From Bacilli bacterium (GTDB lineage: Bacteria; Bacillota_I; Bacilli_A; RF39; UBA660), in contig JAFZWF010000014.1 of NCBI GenBank assembly GCA_017617435.1, positions 573 to 64,572 on the forward strand: a stretch of DNA of 64,000 bases. The letters are read 5' to 3'. The position numbers and the translations under genes were made by a program. Below the pieces are notes generated by a model, which was not told the origin of the DNA, did not search any database, and was given only the letters and a program-made list of their open reading frames with translations. Positions within the stretch are counted from its first letter, which is position 1, and each line of letters opens with the position of its first letter. Positions 30,466 through 40,284 of this stretch are shown in pieces.

Positions 30466-31158
30466 CTATTCATTTAAGTTGACAACTTTGTTGTTGCCAC
30501 CAAATTTTACTGATGCAAATTGATGCATGCAGTTTTCACTTGAACACACACCATCTTTACCATTATCATAAAATTCAAAAATAACATAATAACCTTCAAC
30601 ACCAGGAACATAAGATAATTGTTTAAAATATCTTTTTGCTTGAGGATATAAACTATTATAATTTATACATGTATTTCTAGTTCCTCTTGCACATTCATCA
30701 ACATATGATAAATCATAAGTAGAAATATATATACGATATATTTGATTATCCAAAAAGAATTGTTGACACTCAGCCTTGCTTCCATCTTCAGTACTAAATA
30801 TATCATTTTCACAAGTGAAAATTCTCAAGTTATTATTAACCCCATCAATAACAGCTTGGCCATTTTGAGATATCTTTAGTAAATCTCCAAAACTTAAATA
30901 TTCACCAGGATTATCAATAGTTGTACTTGCTTTATTAACGATATTTTCAAACATTAAAGTTAAATAGTTTGCTCTATAAACATATAGTGGGTCATCATAA
31001 TATGATTTTCTTTTTTCTTTAATAATTACATTATTAAATAAAGAATATATAATTAGTAAAGCTGTTGATAGTATTACGATTGTAACCATTGTTTCAACAA
31101 ATACAAAACCATTTTTCTTTTTCATATTAATCATTCCATATCTATATAAGATTACCAT
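30466..31158 (-). CDS. type-IV-pilin-like protein (prepilin-type N-terminus). First gene of the two-gene pilin operon.
   Basis: MKKKNG|FVFVETMVTIVIL matches the prepilin peptidase consensus (F+1, E+5). The likely real start is the internal ATG at 31125. Only 12 nt separate its stop from the next gene. Confidence 0.65.
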   Translation of the reverse strand: MVILYRYGMINMKKKNGFVFVETMVTIVILSTALLIIYSLFNNVIIKEKRKSYYDDPLYVYRANYLTLMFENIVNKASTTIDNPGEYLSFGDLLKISQNGQAVIDGVNNNLRIFTCENDIFSTEDGSKAECQQFFLDNQIYRIYISTYDLSYVDECARGTRNTCINYNSLYPQAKRYFKQLSYVPGVEGYYVIFEFYDNGKDGVCSSENCMHQFASVKFGGNNKVVNLNE

Positions 31159-31230
31159 ATATGTTTACTATTCATCTATTATGTAATAAATTATATCATA
31201 CTAATTTATAATTATCAATTTTATAAAAAT

Positions 31231-31264
31231 AAAAAAACGTTAAGAATTTAACGTATTTTTTTTC
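31231..31264. terminator. bidirectional rho-independent terminator separating the ysxE-like gene from the pilin operon
   Basis: AAAAAAACGTTAAGAATTTAACGTATTTTTTTTT: 7-bp stem flanked by an A-run and a T-run. Confidence 0.6.
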
Positions 31265-31429
31265 TTAGAATAAAATATTATAGGTGTTGAAAAAATGTAT
31301 AAAAGACCAAACTATTTTTTTACGATAATCATTTTATTTTGTTTATCTGTATTAATATTTTATCAAATGATAATTACTTTTTTTATTCCTCTTAGATTCA
31401 ATATATTTATACTATTTTTAGAACTTGGA

Positions 31430-32332
31430 TTATTCTACTTTTTCATCTTGAGAATAATATGGCCACACTAACTCTTCTGTTTTATTTATATAATTAACTA
31501 ATTTATATACCTTAGATACATTATCAAAGTTATTATCAGTAAATTTTATTTCATATGGCATTGAAATAAGAATAAAGAATAGTTTAAGTTCATCATCATG
31601 ATAACTATAGTGATATAAATATGTTTTTAAAAGTTCACTAAAATTTAAATTATCATACTCTTTTTTATAAAGTTTAACCATATCAATAACAGGTGTATCA
31701 AATCTTGAATTATCAAAACTGATTAAATAATCATCATCATTTTTAATTAAATGATCTACTTCTAAATTATTATGAATTAAAGAAACTCTTTGAGTTTTTT
31801 TTTCGCTAATAAGATTAAAGTACGATTCTAAATTAGATTTACAAAATCCTATAGCGTTATTTATCTTACTATAATTATGTAAAAATAATATTTCGTGAGG
31901 TTTATGGTATTCATTTAGAAATAACTTATCATATATATCGCTATAATAATTTTCTAAATAATCACAATTATTTAATACATCATAATAAATCTTGTCGTAG
32001 ATATTTGAATCAACATCTTTTTCATATGATGTTTTTGCGTGCATAATAGCAACTAATCTTGCTAGATCATTACCTTTTTGTTGAACTGATACTTTTTTAT
32101 CTTCTACATAAGGAAAAATATCATAATTAGATCTTAATTCATCTTTTATTGGAATATAGTTATTAAAGTTTGATGCTTTTAAATATTCATAAGTGTTATT
32201 TAAATTTTTACATTTTGGTTTAATAACTAAATTCTCATCATCACAATAAAGTATTTTTACATTATTTTTAATTGTATACTTGTATGGTTTATATATTTTA
32301 TTTATAACTTCAAAATCATTCTTCTTTATCAT
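31430..32332 (-). CDS. CotS/YsxE-like (kinase-fold) spore coat associated protein
   Basis: 300 aa. Immediately downstream of and overlapping the SpoVID-like gene, mirroring the B. subtilis spoVID-ysxE operon. Assignment mostly by synteny. Confidence 0.4.
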   Translation of the reverse strand: MIKKNDFEVINKIYKPYKYTIKNNVKILYCDDENLVIKPKCKNLNNTYEYLKASNFNNYIPIKDELRSNYDIFPYVEDKKVSVQQKGNDLARLVAIMHAKTSYEKDVDSNIYDKIYYDVLNNCDYLENYYSDIYDKLFLNEYHKPHEILFLHNYSKINNAIGFCKSNLESYFNLISEKKTQRVSLIHNNLEVDHLIKNDDDYLISFDNSRFDTPVIDMVKLYKKEYDNLNFSELLKTYLYHYSYHDDELKLFFILISMPYEIKFTDNNFDNVSKVYKLVNYINKTEELVWPYYSQDEKVE

Positions 32333-32978
32333 TATTAATAGGAATTATTAATTTATCTCCTACATTTATAGTTGATGTATCATTAATTAATGTTAATTCT
32401 TCTTTGCTTATTTTATATTCACTACAAATTTTATCTATTGTTTCATCTATTTTTACTAAATGAACATGATATGTAATATAGTCTTCTTTTAAATCATCAC
32501 TTAAAATAAGTGATGTTTTTTCATCAACATTTTCATCTTTAATATCAACTTCATTTTGCAAGTCTTCTTGATTTATTTCTTCTTTTATATCTAAAACTAG
32601 ATCATCACGATTTAAATCTTCTTTTACTTCTTCAAAAATATCTAATTTTTCACTTATTTTTTTCTCTGCTTCAACGTGAAGAGAAATATTTACTTTTAAT
32701 ATATCTTCATTATTTATTTCATAATTAAAATCAACGACATCATATGTTAAAGAGTCAATATCAATATCATCATCAAGATTTACAGAAAAAGGTACAATAT
32801 GACTAAAAGGTATCGTATCAACGTTTATATCTAAATTTTTGTAATCTCCTGATATAATAAAATCACCTAGTAATTCACTTTCGTTAATACTTATATCATG
32901 CTCTAAAGAAATACTATTTATTTCAGCTATTTTACTTTTAAATACTATTTCTTTAGAAAAAGGTATCGTTAAATTCAA
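32316..32978 (-). CDS. SpoVID/SipL-like spore coat morphogenetic protein (N-terminal SpoVID-type domain, acidic linker, C-terminal LysM)
   Basis: N-terminal region resembles the B. subtilis SpoVID N-domain (SISLEHDI vs SISLDPDI, GDFIISGDY). Highly acidic middle. C-terminal LysM-like KISKEELTLINDTSTINVGDKLIIP. Confidence 0.55.
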   Translation of the reverse strand: MNLTIPFSKEIVFKSKIAEINSISLEHDISINESELLGDFIISGDYKNLDINVDTIPFSHIVPFSVNLDDDIDIDSLTYDVVDFNYEINNEDILKVNISLHVEAEKKISEKLDIFEEVKEDLNRDDLVLDIKEEINQEDLQNEVDIKDENVDEKTSLILSDDLKEDYITYHVHLVKIDETIDKICSEYKISKEELTLINDTSTINVGDKLIIPINNDKEE

Positions 32979-33058
32979 ACATTATCATCTCCTATATAAA
33001 ATTATGAAGATGAATTAAAAAATATGAAAAGAACCAGCTTTTTTAATCTGGTTCTTTT

Positions 33059-35344
33059 TTAAAATAAATCATTATATATTTCTTTATAGTCAGAAACTAA
33101 TTTAATATTTAGCTTTTCTTTAATTAGATCAGGTATCTCACTTAACTCTGATTCATTAGCTTTTGGTATATATACTTTTTTTACTTTATTATTATATGCA
33201 CCAATTAATTTTTCTTTTAATCCGCCTACTTTAAGAATATTTCCCGAAAGTGTGATTTCACCAGTCATGGCAACAGATCTTGGAATCATTTTGTTTTTAA
33301 ATAAACTAAGTAGTACTGTTACAGTTGAAACACCAGCACTTGGTCCTTCTTTTGGTGTTGATCCATCAAGAAAATGTACATGGACATTTCGATCAAGAAT
33401 ATTTTCTCTTAAATTAAATTCTTTTAGGTGACTATAAATGTATGAATTAACAACACTCACGCTTTCTTTCATTGCATTACCTAAAAGACCTGTTATCATA
33501 GATGATTTAGTGTAAGATGCTTCAACTGGAAGTACTTCTCCTCCAACAGCTGTATATGCAAGACAGTTAACGCATCCGGTATGCCAATTAGTAAAATCTA
33601 AGTGTTCATATTTAGGAGTACCTAAATATTTAATAATGTCATTTTGCATGATGATAAAAGGGTATTTTTTTCTGCTTATTAGTATTTTACGATATAAGGT
33701 TTCAAATGTTCTTTCAAGATCTCTTATACCTGGTTCTTTAGTATAACTATTAATAATAAATTTAATTTCTCTATCTTTAATTAAGATGTTTTCTTTTTTT
33801 ATTTTATACAAATCATATAGCTTTGGCAATAAATGTTTTTTTACGATATTAGCCTTATCAAATTCTGTATAACTACTAAGTTCTATTATTTCCAAGCGAT
33901 CACGTAGTTCAACAGGTATATTATATATATTATTTGCTGTTAATATAAAGAAAGTTTTCGATAAATCAAATGGTTCATCTAAATAATTATCAACAAAATT
34001 TTTGTTTTGATTTATATCTAAAATATCTAAAAGTGTTGATGCTGGATCACCTTTATAATCTTTTACCATTTTATCTACTTCGTCAATTAGTATTACAGGG
34101 TTATTGCTTTGACATTTTAAATATGCATTAATTATTTTTCCAGGTGCAGATCCAACATATGTTTTTCTATGACCTGTTAGCTCGGCACTATCATTAAGTC
34201 CACCTACACTAATTTTTACAAATTTTCTATTTATAGCGTTTGCAATAGATGCCGCAAATGTTGACTTACCAACACCTGGAGGACCAACTAAACAAAGTAC
34301 TGGAGTATTTATATCTGGATTAATCTTTTTTAAATATAAATATTCTAATACTCTTTTTTTTATATCTTCTAAACCATAATGAGTTTTATTTAATCTTTTT
34401 TCAACAAGGTTAATATCACTATCATCTTTTGTTGATTTATTCCATGGTAAATTTAAAAGAATATCTATATAATTTATAATCATTGATGATTCTGGAGAAA
34501 TTTCAGAAACCATTTCATATTTTTTAGTTTCTTTTTGAATTCTTTTATAAATATTATCAGGGAATTTTTTCTTATTTAATTCGTTATAGATATTTTGGAT
34601 ATCTACATCTTTTCCTGATTTCTCTCCAAGTTCTTGTTTAATTAATTTTATTTTTTCTTTTAAAATAAATTCTTTTTGAGAATTATCAAGTTCTATTTTT
34701 AAATCTTCATCAATTTTATTTTCAAGAGCGATTATTTCAAGTTCTACCATTATATCTTCAATTAAAATCTTGGCTCTTTTATTAGCATTTATTTCTTGCA
34801 TTAAATCAAGCTTCTTAGAAAAAGTAAGTGGCAAAAATGAAGCAATCATATCAGTTAAATTATCTAAATTTGTTACGTGACTTACTTGAGATAAAATACT
34901 ATTTGAAATTGCTGAATTATTTTTAATAAATTTTCTTAGAAGAGATATAAGTTTTCTTCTTGATGCTTCTTTTTCTTTTTGATTTAATTTTGGTAAATCA
35001 ATATCTTCTACTTTACTTAAAAGAATATCTCTACTTTTATCAGAATTATAGTATTTATTTACAGCGACTCTTTTAATACCTTTTAAAATAACTCTATCAT
35101 TTCCATTTGGAAGTTTAATAGATGACAAAACATTTGCAATAACTCCAACTTTTGGTAAATCACTTACATCTGGTTCTTCCTCTTTTTGATTTTTGGGACA
35201 AATAACAAGTACTTTAGAATCATATTTATCCTTTGATAGAGAAATAGTTTTTTTACTATATATATTATTAATTTCAAGTTTTATTTCTTGATCAGGAAGG
35301 GTGATGAGTCCTTTAAGAAGTACAACCGGTAGATTATATTTCAT
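33059..35344 (-). CDS. lon: ATP-dependent protease Lon (LonA type)
   Basis: 761 aa. Lon N-domain, AAA+ Walker A GPPGVGKS, proteolytic PKEGPSAGVS with a downstream Lys. Confidence 0.9.
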   Translation of the reverse strand: MKYNLPVVLLKGLITLPDQEIKLEINNIYSKKTISLSKDKYDSKVLVICPKNQKEEEPDVSDLPKVGVIANVLSSIKLPNGNDRVILKGIKRVAVNKYYNSDKSRDILLSKVEDIDLPKLNQKEKEASRRKLISLLRKFIKNNSAISNSILSQVSHVTNLDNLTDMIASFLPLTFSKKLDLMQEINANKRAKILIEDIMVELEIIALENKIDEDLKIELDNSQKEFILKEKIKLIKQELGEKSGKDVDIQNIYNELNKKKFPDNIYKRIQKETKKYEMVSEISPESSMIINYIDILLNLPWNKSTKDDSDINLVEKRLNKTHYGLEDIKKRVLEYLYLKKINPDINTPVLCLVGPPGVGKSTFAASIANAINRKFVKISVGGLNDSAELTGHRKTYVGSAPGKIINAYLKCQSNNPVILIDEVDKMVKDYKGDPASTLLDILDINQNKNFVDNYLDEPFDLSKTFFILTANNIYNIPVELRDRLEIIELSSYTEFDKANIVKKHLLPKLYDLYKIKKENILIKDREIKFIINSYTKEPGIRDLERTFETLYRKILISRKKYPFIIMQNDIIKYLGTPKYEHLDFTNWHTGCVNCLAYTAVGGEVLPVEASYTKSSMITGLLGNAMKESVSVVNSYIYSHLKEFNLRENILDRNVHVHFLDGSTPKEGPSAGVSTVTVLLSLFKNKMIPRSVAMTGEITLSGNILKVGGLKEKLIGAYNNKVKKVYIPKANESELSEIPDLIKEKLNIKLVSDYKEIYNDLF

Positions 35345-35457
35345 AAGAGGTCACCTCCATCAAAATAATTGTTTTTTATTATATATGCGGTTATTTCTTT
35401 TGTCTATCTCTTTTACACCTTTTTGACAATAAAAATAAGAAACCATTTTTTGGTTTC

Positions 35458-35670
35458 TTATTTCATTCCTCGATTCATTTGTTGCATTACTTGATTTATT
35501 TGCTTTTTATTTGGTTTTCTACCCATACTACTCATCATAACTTCAATCATTTTTTCATTGATTGGAGGATTTTTCTTTAAGTATTTTTCCATCATTTTTT
35601 TAGCAATTATAAAACCTGCAACAAGACCAATTACTAGTCCACCAAGACCACATAAAATATTACCTAACAT
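35458..35670 (-). CDS. yneF: UPF0154 family small membrane protein (YneF-like)
   Basis: 70 aa. TM helix plus KYLKKNPPINEKMIEVMMSSMGRKP, closely resembling B. subtilis YneF. Terminator at 35428..35461. Confidence 0.7.
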   Translation of the reverse strand: MLGNILCGLGGLVIGLVAGFIIAKKMMEKYLKKNPPINEKMIEVMMSSMGRKPNKKQINQVMQQMNRGMK

Positions 35671-35727
35671 ATATATCTTCTCCTAACTATTAAATATATT
35701 ACTATAAATATCTAAAAATTGCTATAA

Positions 35728-36543
35728 CTATTTATTATTCATTTTTGATTGCCTTAACATAAATTTTGAACGAGCAGTTCCATTATTATTTTCATTTTTA
35801 CCTTCTGATGCAGAATATATTTTATCTTTAAATCCTTCAGTTAGATCAACATAGCTCATTTCACCAATATTTTTTATTGGGTATAGTGTTCTTATTGAAT
35901 ATGGATTATCACTATTTGATATAACAAACACATAATCACAGATACCATTATTACGTATGCCAATCGAATTTATTTTTATAACTCTTAACTGACTATAATT
36001 ATTATAATATATTGGTAGTAAGTGCATGTTATTCATTACATATTCAACTATATCTTCTATGTTACAAAAGAACTCTTCTTTATGTTTTTTTGTAACATGT
36101 CTTATAATTTTTTCTTTAAAATATTTTTTATCGTCATCTGAATATTTAATTCCTTGATCTTCCAATATACGGGGTAAAATTACCTTTCTTACATTTTTAT
36201 TAGTAAATTTAGTATTTATTTTTGGTAAATCCTTTGTTAAATAAGTAAAATACTCTCTTCTATAAAAATGAATAGCACCTTTTAAATCATTACACAGAGC
36301 TATAAGATATTTATTATATTTATATTTTTTAAATAGTTCAAATGTATACTCATCTAGTACTTTTTCTGCTTCATCGAATCTTCCTAAGGCTACTAGACTT
36401 TTTGCTTCATAATACTGTGTATAAAAACTTTTTTTGTACTTTTGAAGATCATTTTCTTTTAATTCATTTGCATAATTAACTATTGAATAATAATTATTTA
36501 TAGAATCCGTAAATTTTGCTCTAGCATATGCGCCTAAGTCCAT
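35728..36543 (-). CDS. hypothetical protein (271 aa) with an N-terminal TPR-like helical region
   Basis: Clean ORF between the sirA-like gene and yneF. No family recognised. Confidence 0.4.
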   Translation of the reverse strand: MDLGAYARAKFTDSINNYYSIVNYANELKENDLQKYKKSFYTQYYEAKSLVALGRFDEAEKVLDEYTFELFKKYKYNKYLIALCNDLKGAIHFYRREYFTYLTKDLPKINTKFTNKNVRKVILPRILEDQGIKYSDDDKKYFKEKIIRHVTKKHKEEFFCNIEDIVEYVMNNMHLLPIYYNNYSQLRVIKINSIGIRNNGICDYVFVISNSDNPYSIRTLYPIKNIGEMSYVDLTEGFKDKIYSASEGKNENNNGTARSKFMLRQSKMNNK

Positions 36544-36597
36544 AATTTATAACTCCTTTTTTAGGTAAGTAGATGTATTTTATCATAAATAACCAAT

Positions 36598-37017
36598 CTA
36601 TTTCAAGATTATATCGTTTATCCAAAAATAATCCTTATTATCAAAATCACATACGAAAAGATTTTTCTTTTTTGATAAGCATTTAAAAAATTCTGGTTTA
36701 GGCATATTACTTTCTAGTTTTATGCATGAACTATTTACAATTAAAGTACTTTGTTCATCTTTATATTTATTTATATAAGTATGAGTATCATGGTATTTCA
36801 TATAAAAATCAGATTCAAGATAGTATTTATAAATATTTTTGTTTATCTTATCTTTTTCTATAGGCATGGCAATTTGCTCATATATATTTATTCCCATCGA
36901 TAAATCTTTTTTAGACATATTTTTTATTTTTAAAAATGATTTAAATAATGGATATGCATCATCTCGTATTAGATTTTCAACATAAGGATTTATATTAAAT
37001 ATGTGAAATGTTCTCAT
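36598..37017 (-). CDS. hypothetical protein, possibly SirA/YneE-like sporulation inhibitor of replication
   Basis: 139 aa. Position between tkt and yneF matches the B. subtilis tkt-yneE(sirA)-yneF order. Sequence similarity itself is weak. Confidence 0.3.
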   Translation of the reverse strand: MRTFHIFNINPYVENLIRDDAYPLFKSFLKIKNMSKKDLSMGINIYEQIAMPIEKDKINKNIYKYYLESDFYMKYHDTHTYINKYKDEQSTLIVNSSCIKLESNMPKPEFFKCLSKKKNLFVCDFDNKDYFWINDIILK

Positions 37018-37069
37018 ATAAAAATCACCAACTTCATAATATCAGTTGGTGATTTAAAATTATGTCGAA

Positions 37070-39043
37070 TTAGAAACTTCTAATTATTTTTTCTATTCTT
37101 GATTTTATAGTTTCGTAATTTACTAACATTTTTTCACAAACATCTGCTTTATTTCCGCTATAACCAAATTCATTTAAACCAATAATAAATTGGTTATATG
37201 TATATTTTTGATAATTATTTGTTGTGCTTAACTCAATTGCTATTGTTAAAACATTTCCTGGAAGAAGTTCACTTATATACTCTTTACTTTGTTTATCAAA
37301 TAACTCTTGAGAAACCATACTAACAACTCTTGTATGAATACCTATAGTGTCAAGTTCATCAGATATTTTTGTTGCAAGTTCTACTTCTGAACCACTTGCA
37401 ATTAAAATAGCATCTAGTTGTTTTTTCTCTTTTTTAATCATGTAAGCGCCATTTTTTACTAAGTCTGCTTTTGAACCTGATAACTTAGAAAGTTCTTTTC
37501 TAGCAACAACAACAACGTTTGTACCTTTAGTTTTAATAATTTGATTCCATGTACCAATTAATTCATTTATATCACAAGGTCTATATAAAGTTAAATTAGG
37601 TATAGATCTAAGACCTATTAATTGTTCAATTGGTTGATGTGTTGGTCCATCTTCACCAACTTGAATTGAATCATGTGTAAAAACATAATTTACATTTAAG
37701 TTTTGCATAGCACTTAGTCTTATTGCTGGCTTCATATAATCACTAAATGATAAGAATGTACTTCCAAAAACATTTAATTTACAAAGAGCCATACCATTTA
37801 GTATTCCACCCATAGCGTGCTCTCTTACACCAAATGGTATATTACGATTAAGTGGTTCATTTTCACTCATAAACTCTTCATTAAATATAAAAGTCTTAGT
37901 GCTTGATGATAAATCTGCAGCACCACCCAAGAAAAATGGTGTTTTACGAGCAATTATATTCATTATTTTTTGATTTGTATCTCTTAAATCTTCGACATAA
38001 TCATCGCTCACTTCGAAGTTTGATACATCAAAATCAACAACTAAGGTATCTTTTTCAATATTATTAAATATTTGTTTAATCATACGATTAGCATTTGATA
38101 TAACAATTTTTTCGTTTTCCCACTCTTCGTACATTTTAGTGCATCGTTCATCTATTTTTTTATGAACAAATTGCATAAGTTCTGCAGGAACAACAAATGG
38201 CTCAGTTGACAGTGCATATGATTTTCTAAGTTGAGCTATATCATCGCAGTCAAGCGGTTTACCATGAACTTTATTTGTATTTGCAAGTTTTGATCCTTCA
38301 CCAATAACTGATTCAACATATATAAATGTTGGTTTTGGAGATTTTTTTGCTTTTTTAATTGCTTTTTCTATTAAATCAGGATCACTTTCAATCATCTGAA
38401 TTGCAAAACCTAAAGCCTCCATACGATCTGGAACATTTTCGGTAAATGAAAGTGATGTAGGTCCATCTAAACTCATATGATTTGCATCATATAAAACAAT
38501 TAATTTATTTAAATTTTGAGTACCAGCAAATGAAAGGGCTTCGTAAGAAATACCTTCCATTAAGTCACCGTCTCCGCATAAAACATATGTGTAATAATCA
38601 ACAAGTGGTTTATCAGGATAGTATTTTAAAGTTAAATTGCGATAGTATCTTTCTGCTAGTGCCATACCAACTGCATTAGCAACACCTTGACCTAAAGGTC
38701 CTGTTGTTGCATCAACTCCAGGTGTAACTCCATGTTCTGGATGTCCTGGTGTTAAAGAATTTATTCGACGGAAGTTTTTTAAATCACTAATAGTTAAATC
38801 ATATCCACTCATATATAAAGTTGCATATAAAAGCGCAGAACCATGACCAGCTGACATAACAAATCTATCACGATTAAACCAGTTTGGGTCATGTGGATTA
38901 ATATTTAGACACTTTGCATATAAAGTATATAAAATATTTGCAGCGCCTAAAACAATTCCAGGATGTCCACTTCCTGCTTTATCAATCATATCTATGCCTA
39001 GCATCTTTAGTGCATTAATACAATTTGTATCACTTGGTTTCAT
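37070..39043 (-). CDS. tkt: transketolase
   Basis: TPP-binding motifs (GSGHPG, GDGDLMEG) plus pyrimidine-binding and C-terminal domains. The ORF-track start at 39100 overlaps the upstream gene, so the likely start is the internal ATG at 39043 (MKPSDTNCINAL...). Confidence 0.9.
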   Translation of the reverse strand: MKPSDTNCINALKMLGIDMIDKAGSGHPGIVLGAANILYTLYAKCLNINPHDPNWFNRDRFVMSAGHGSALLYATLYMSGYDLTISDLKNFRRINSLTPGHPEHGVTPGVDATTGPLGQGVANAVGMALAERYYRNLTLKYYPDKPLVDYYTYVLCGDGDLMEGISYEALSFAGTQNLNKLIVLYDANHMSLDGPTSLSFTENVPDRMEALGFAIQMIESDPDLIEKAIKKAKKSPKPTFIYVESVIGEGSKLANTNKVHGKPLDCDDIAQLRKSYALSTEPFVVPAELMQFVHKKIDERCTKMYEEWENEKIVISNANRMIKQIFNNIEKDTLVVDFDVSNFEVSDDYVEDLRDTNQKIMNIIARKTPFFLGGAADLSSSTKTFIFNEEFMSENEPLNRNIPFGVREHAMGGILNGMALCKLNVFGSTFLSFSDYMKPAIRLSAMQNLNVNYVFTHDSIQVGEDGPTHQPIEQLIGLRSIPNLTLYRPCDINELIGTWNQIIKTKGTNVVVVARKELSKLSGSKADLVKNGAYMIKKEKKQLDAILIASGSEVELATKISDELDTIGIHTRVVSMVSQELFDKQSKEYISELLPGNVLTIAIELSTTNNYQKYTYNQFIIGLNEFGYSGNKADVCEKMLVNYETIKSRIEKIIRSF

Positions 39044-40205
39044 TTGATTCACTTCCCTTTTTATTAATGATTTCATTATATAAGTTTTCAATACTATCAC
39101 GGAATTTTTCTTTAGAATAATTTGTAGAACTTTCTAAAGCATTCTTTTTAAGTTTACTATGTAATGATTTATCACCTAATATTTTAAATATATAGTTTCT
39201 ATATTCCTCTTTACTATTGTAAGTGTAACCATTATAACCATTTTCAATAACACCATCTAAACATTTATCGTATCTACATACTAATGGTATTCCGCAAGCT
39301 AAAGCTTCAATATATGTTATACCTTGTGTTTCACTAGTTGATGCACATACAAATATGTCTCCTAATTGATAGTATTTGTATGTATTTTGTGGAGGTATCA
39401 TACCTAAAAAACGAACATGATCTTCAAGTTTTAACTTTTTAACCTTTTGCTCTAAATTCTTTTTATATGGTCCATCTCCACCTATAAGTAAAACGATATT
39501 ATTATCTTTTTCAATTAACTCAGGTAAAAATTCAATTATTTCATCAAGATTCTTTTCTTTAGCAACACGACCAATTGAAACTAACACTTTAGACTTATTA
39601 GTTAAATTTAGTTTAGATTTTAGTTTTGATTTTTCTGTCATGGATAATTTTTTATAAAATCGATCTAAGTCTATTCCAGTTGGAATAATATAAATAGGTT
39701 TTTTAATTTCATATTTTAAAAGTAAATCTTTAATTTTTTGTGTTGGTGCAATAATAGCATCAGAATTTCTATATGATCTTTTTATAAATTTTCTAGCAAC
39801 TGCTTTTCCAATAGTTTTACTTGGAATAACATAACCTGAATAATCTTCATATAACGTGTGGCTTGTGTTTATGTAAGGACAATTACAAAGTTTTGCTATT
39901 TTCTTTGAAATTTTACCTATTGAAAACTCTGTTTGAATATGAATAATATCTGGATGCCAAGCTACAATATCTTTGATTATTTTATCGTGAAACTTAAGGG
40001 TTTGTCTGGCATCAGGATAAAATGGCACAGAAAATGAACCGATTAAATAATCTGTTTTAACCATTTTTGACTCTCTATTACTTGAAAGAGTTAAAACTCT
40101 TACGTCATGTCCTTTTTTACGAAGCTCATCACGAAGCGTTATAACTGAACATGAAACACCATTTATTTGATTTTCATATGTATCTGATGTAAGTAAAATC
40201 TTCAT
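39030..40205 (-). CDS. GT4-family glycosyltransferase (glycolipid or cell-wall glycosyltransferase)
   Basis: 391 aa. GT-B fold with the C-terminal GT4 EX7E-like region (ETQGITYIEALACGIP). Confidence 0.7.
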   Translation of the reverse strand: MKILLTSDTYENQINGVSCSVITLRDELRKKGHDVRVLTLSSNRESKMVKTDYLIGSFSVPFYPDARQTLKFHDKIIKDIVAWHPDIIHIQTEFSIGKISKKIAKLCNCPYINTSHTLYEDYSGYVIPSKTIGKAVARKFIKRSYRNSDAIIAPTQKIKDLLLKYEIKKPIYIIPTGIDLDRFYKKLSMTEKSKLKSKLNLTNKSKVLVSIGRVAKEKNLDEIIEFLPELIEKDNNIVLLIGGDGPYKKNLEQKVKKLKLEDHVRFLGMIPPQNTYKYYQLGDIFVCASTSETQGITYIEALACGIPLVCRYDKCLDGVIENGYNGYTYNSKEEYRNYIFKILGDKSLHSKLKKNALESSTNYSKEKFRDSIENLYNEIINKKGSESNETK

Positions 40206-40284
40206 GCGATAGCTCCCATCTATAATCTTTAATTAATTATACAACAATTTTGTAATTATTTATAGAAAAATTTTTATTTATATA

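Noticed and set aside
31296-31449. About 50-aa hydrophobic plus-strand ORF in the ysxE/pilin spacer
   Set aside because: Overlaps the ysxE-like gene's 3' end, has no convincing RBS and is below a plausible size. The region is better explained as a terminator plus the pilin operon promoter.
37070-39100. Transketolase N-terminal extension MIVLKTYIMKSLIKREVNQ overlapping the GT4 gene
   Set aside because: The extension is not conserved in Tkt and overlaps the upstream CDS by 70 nt. The internal ATG at 39043 gives the canonical Tkt N-terminus.
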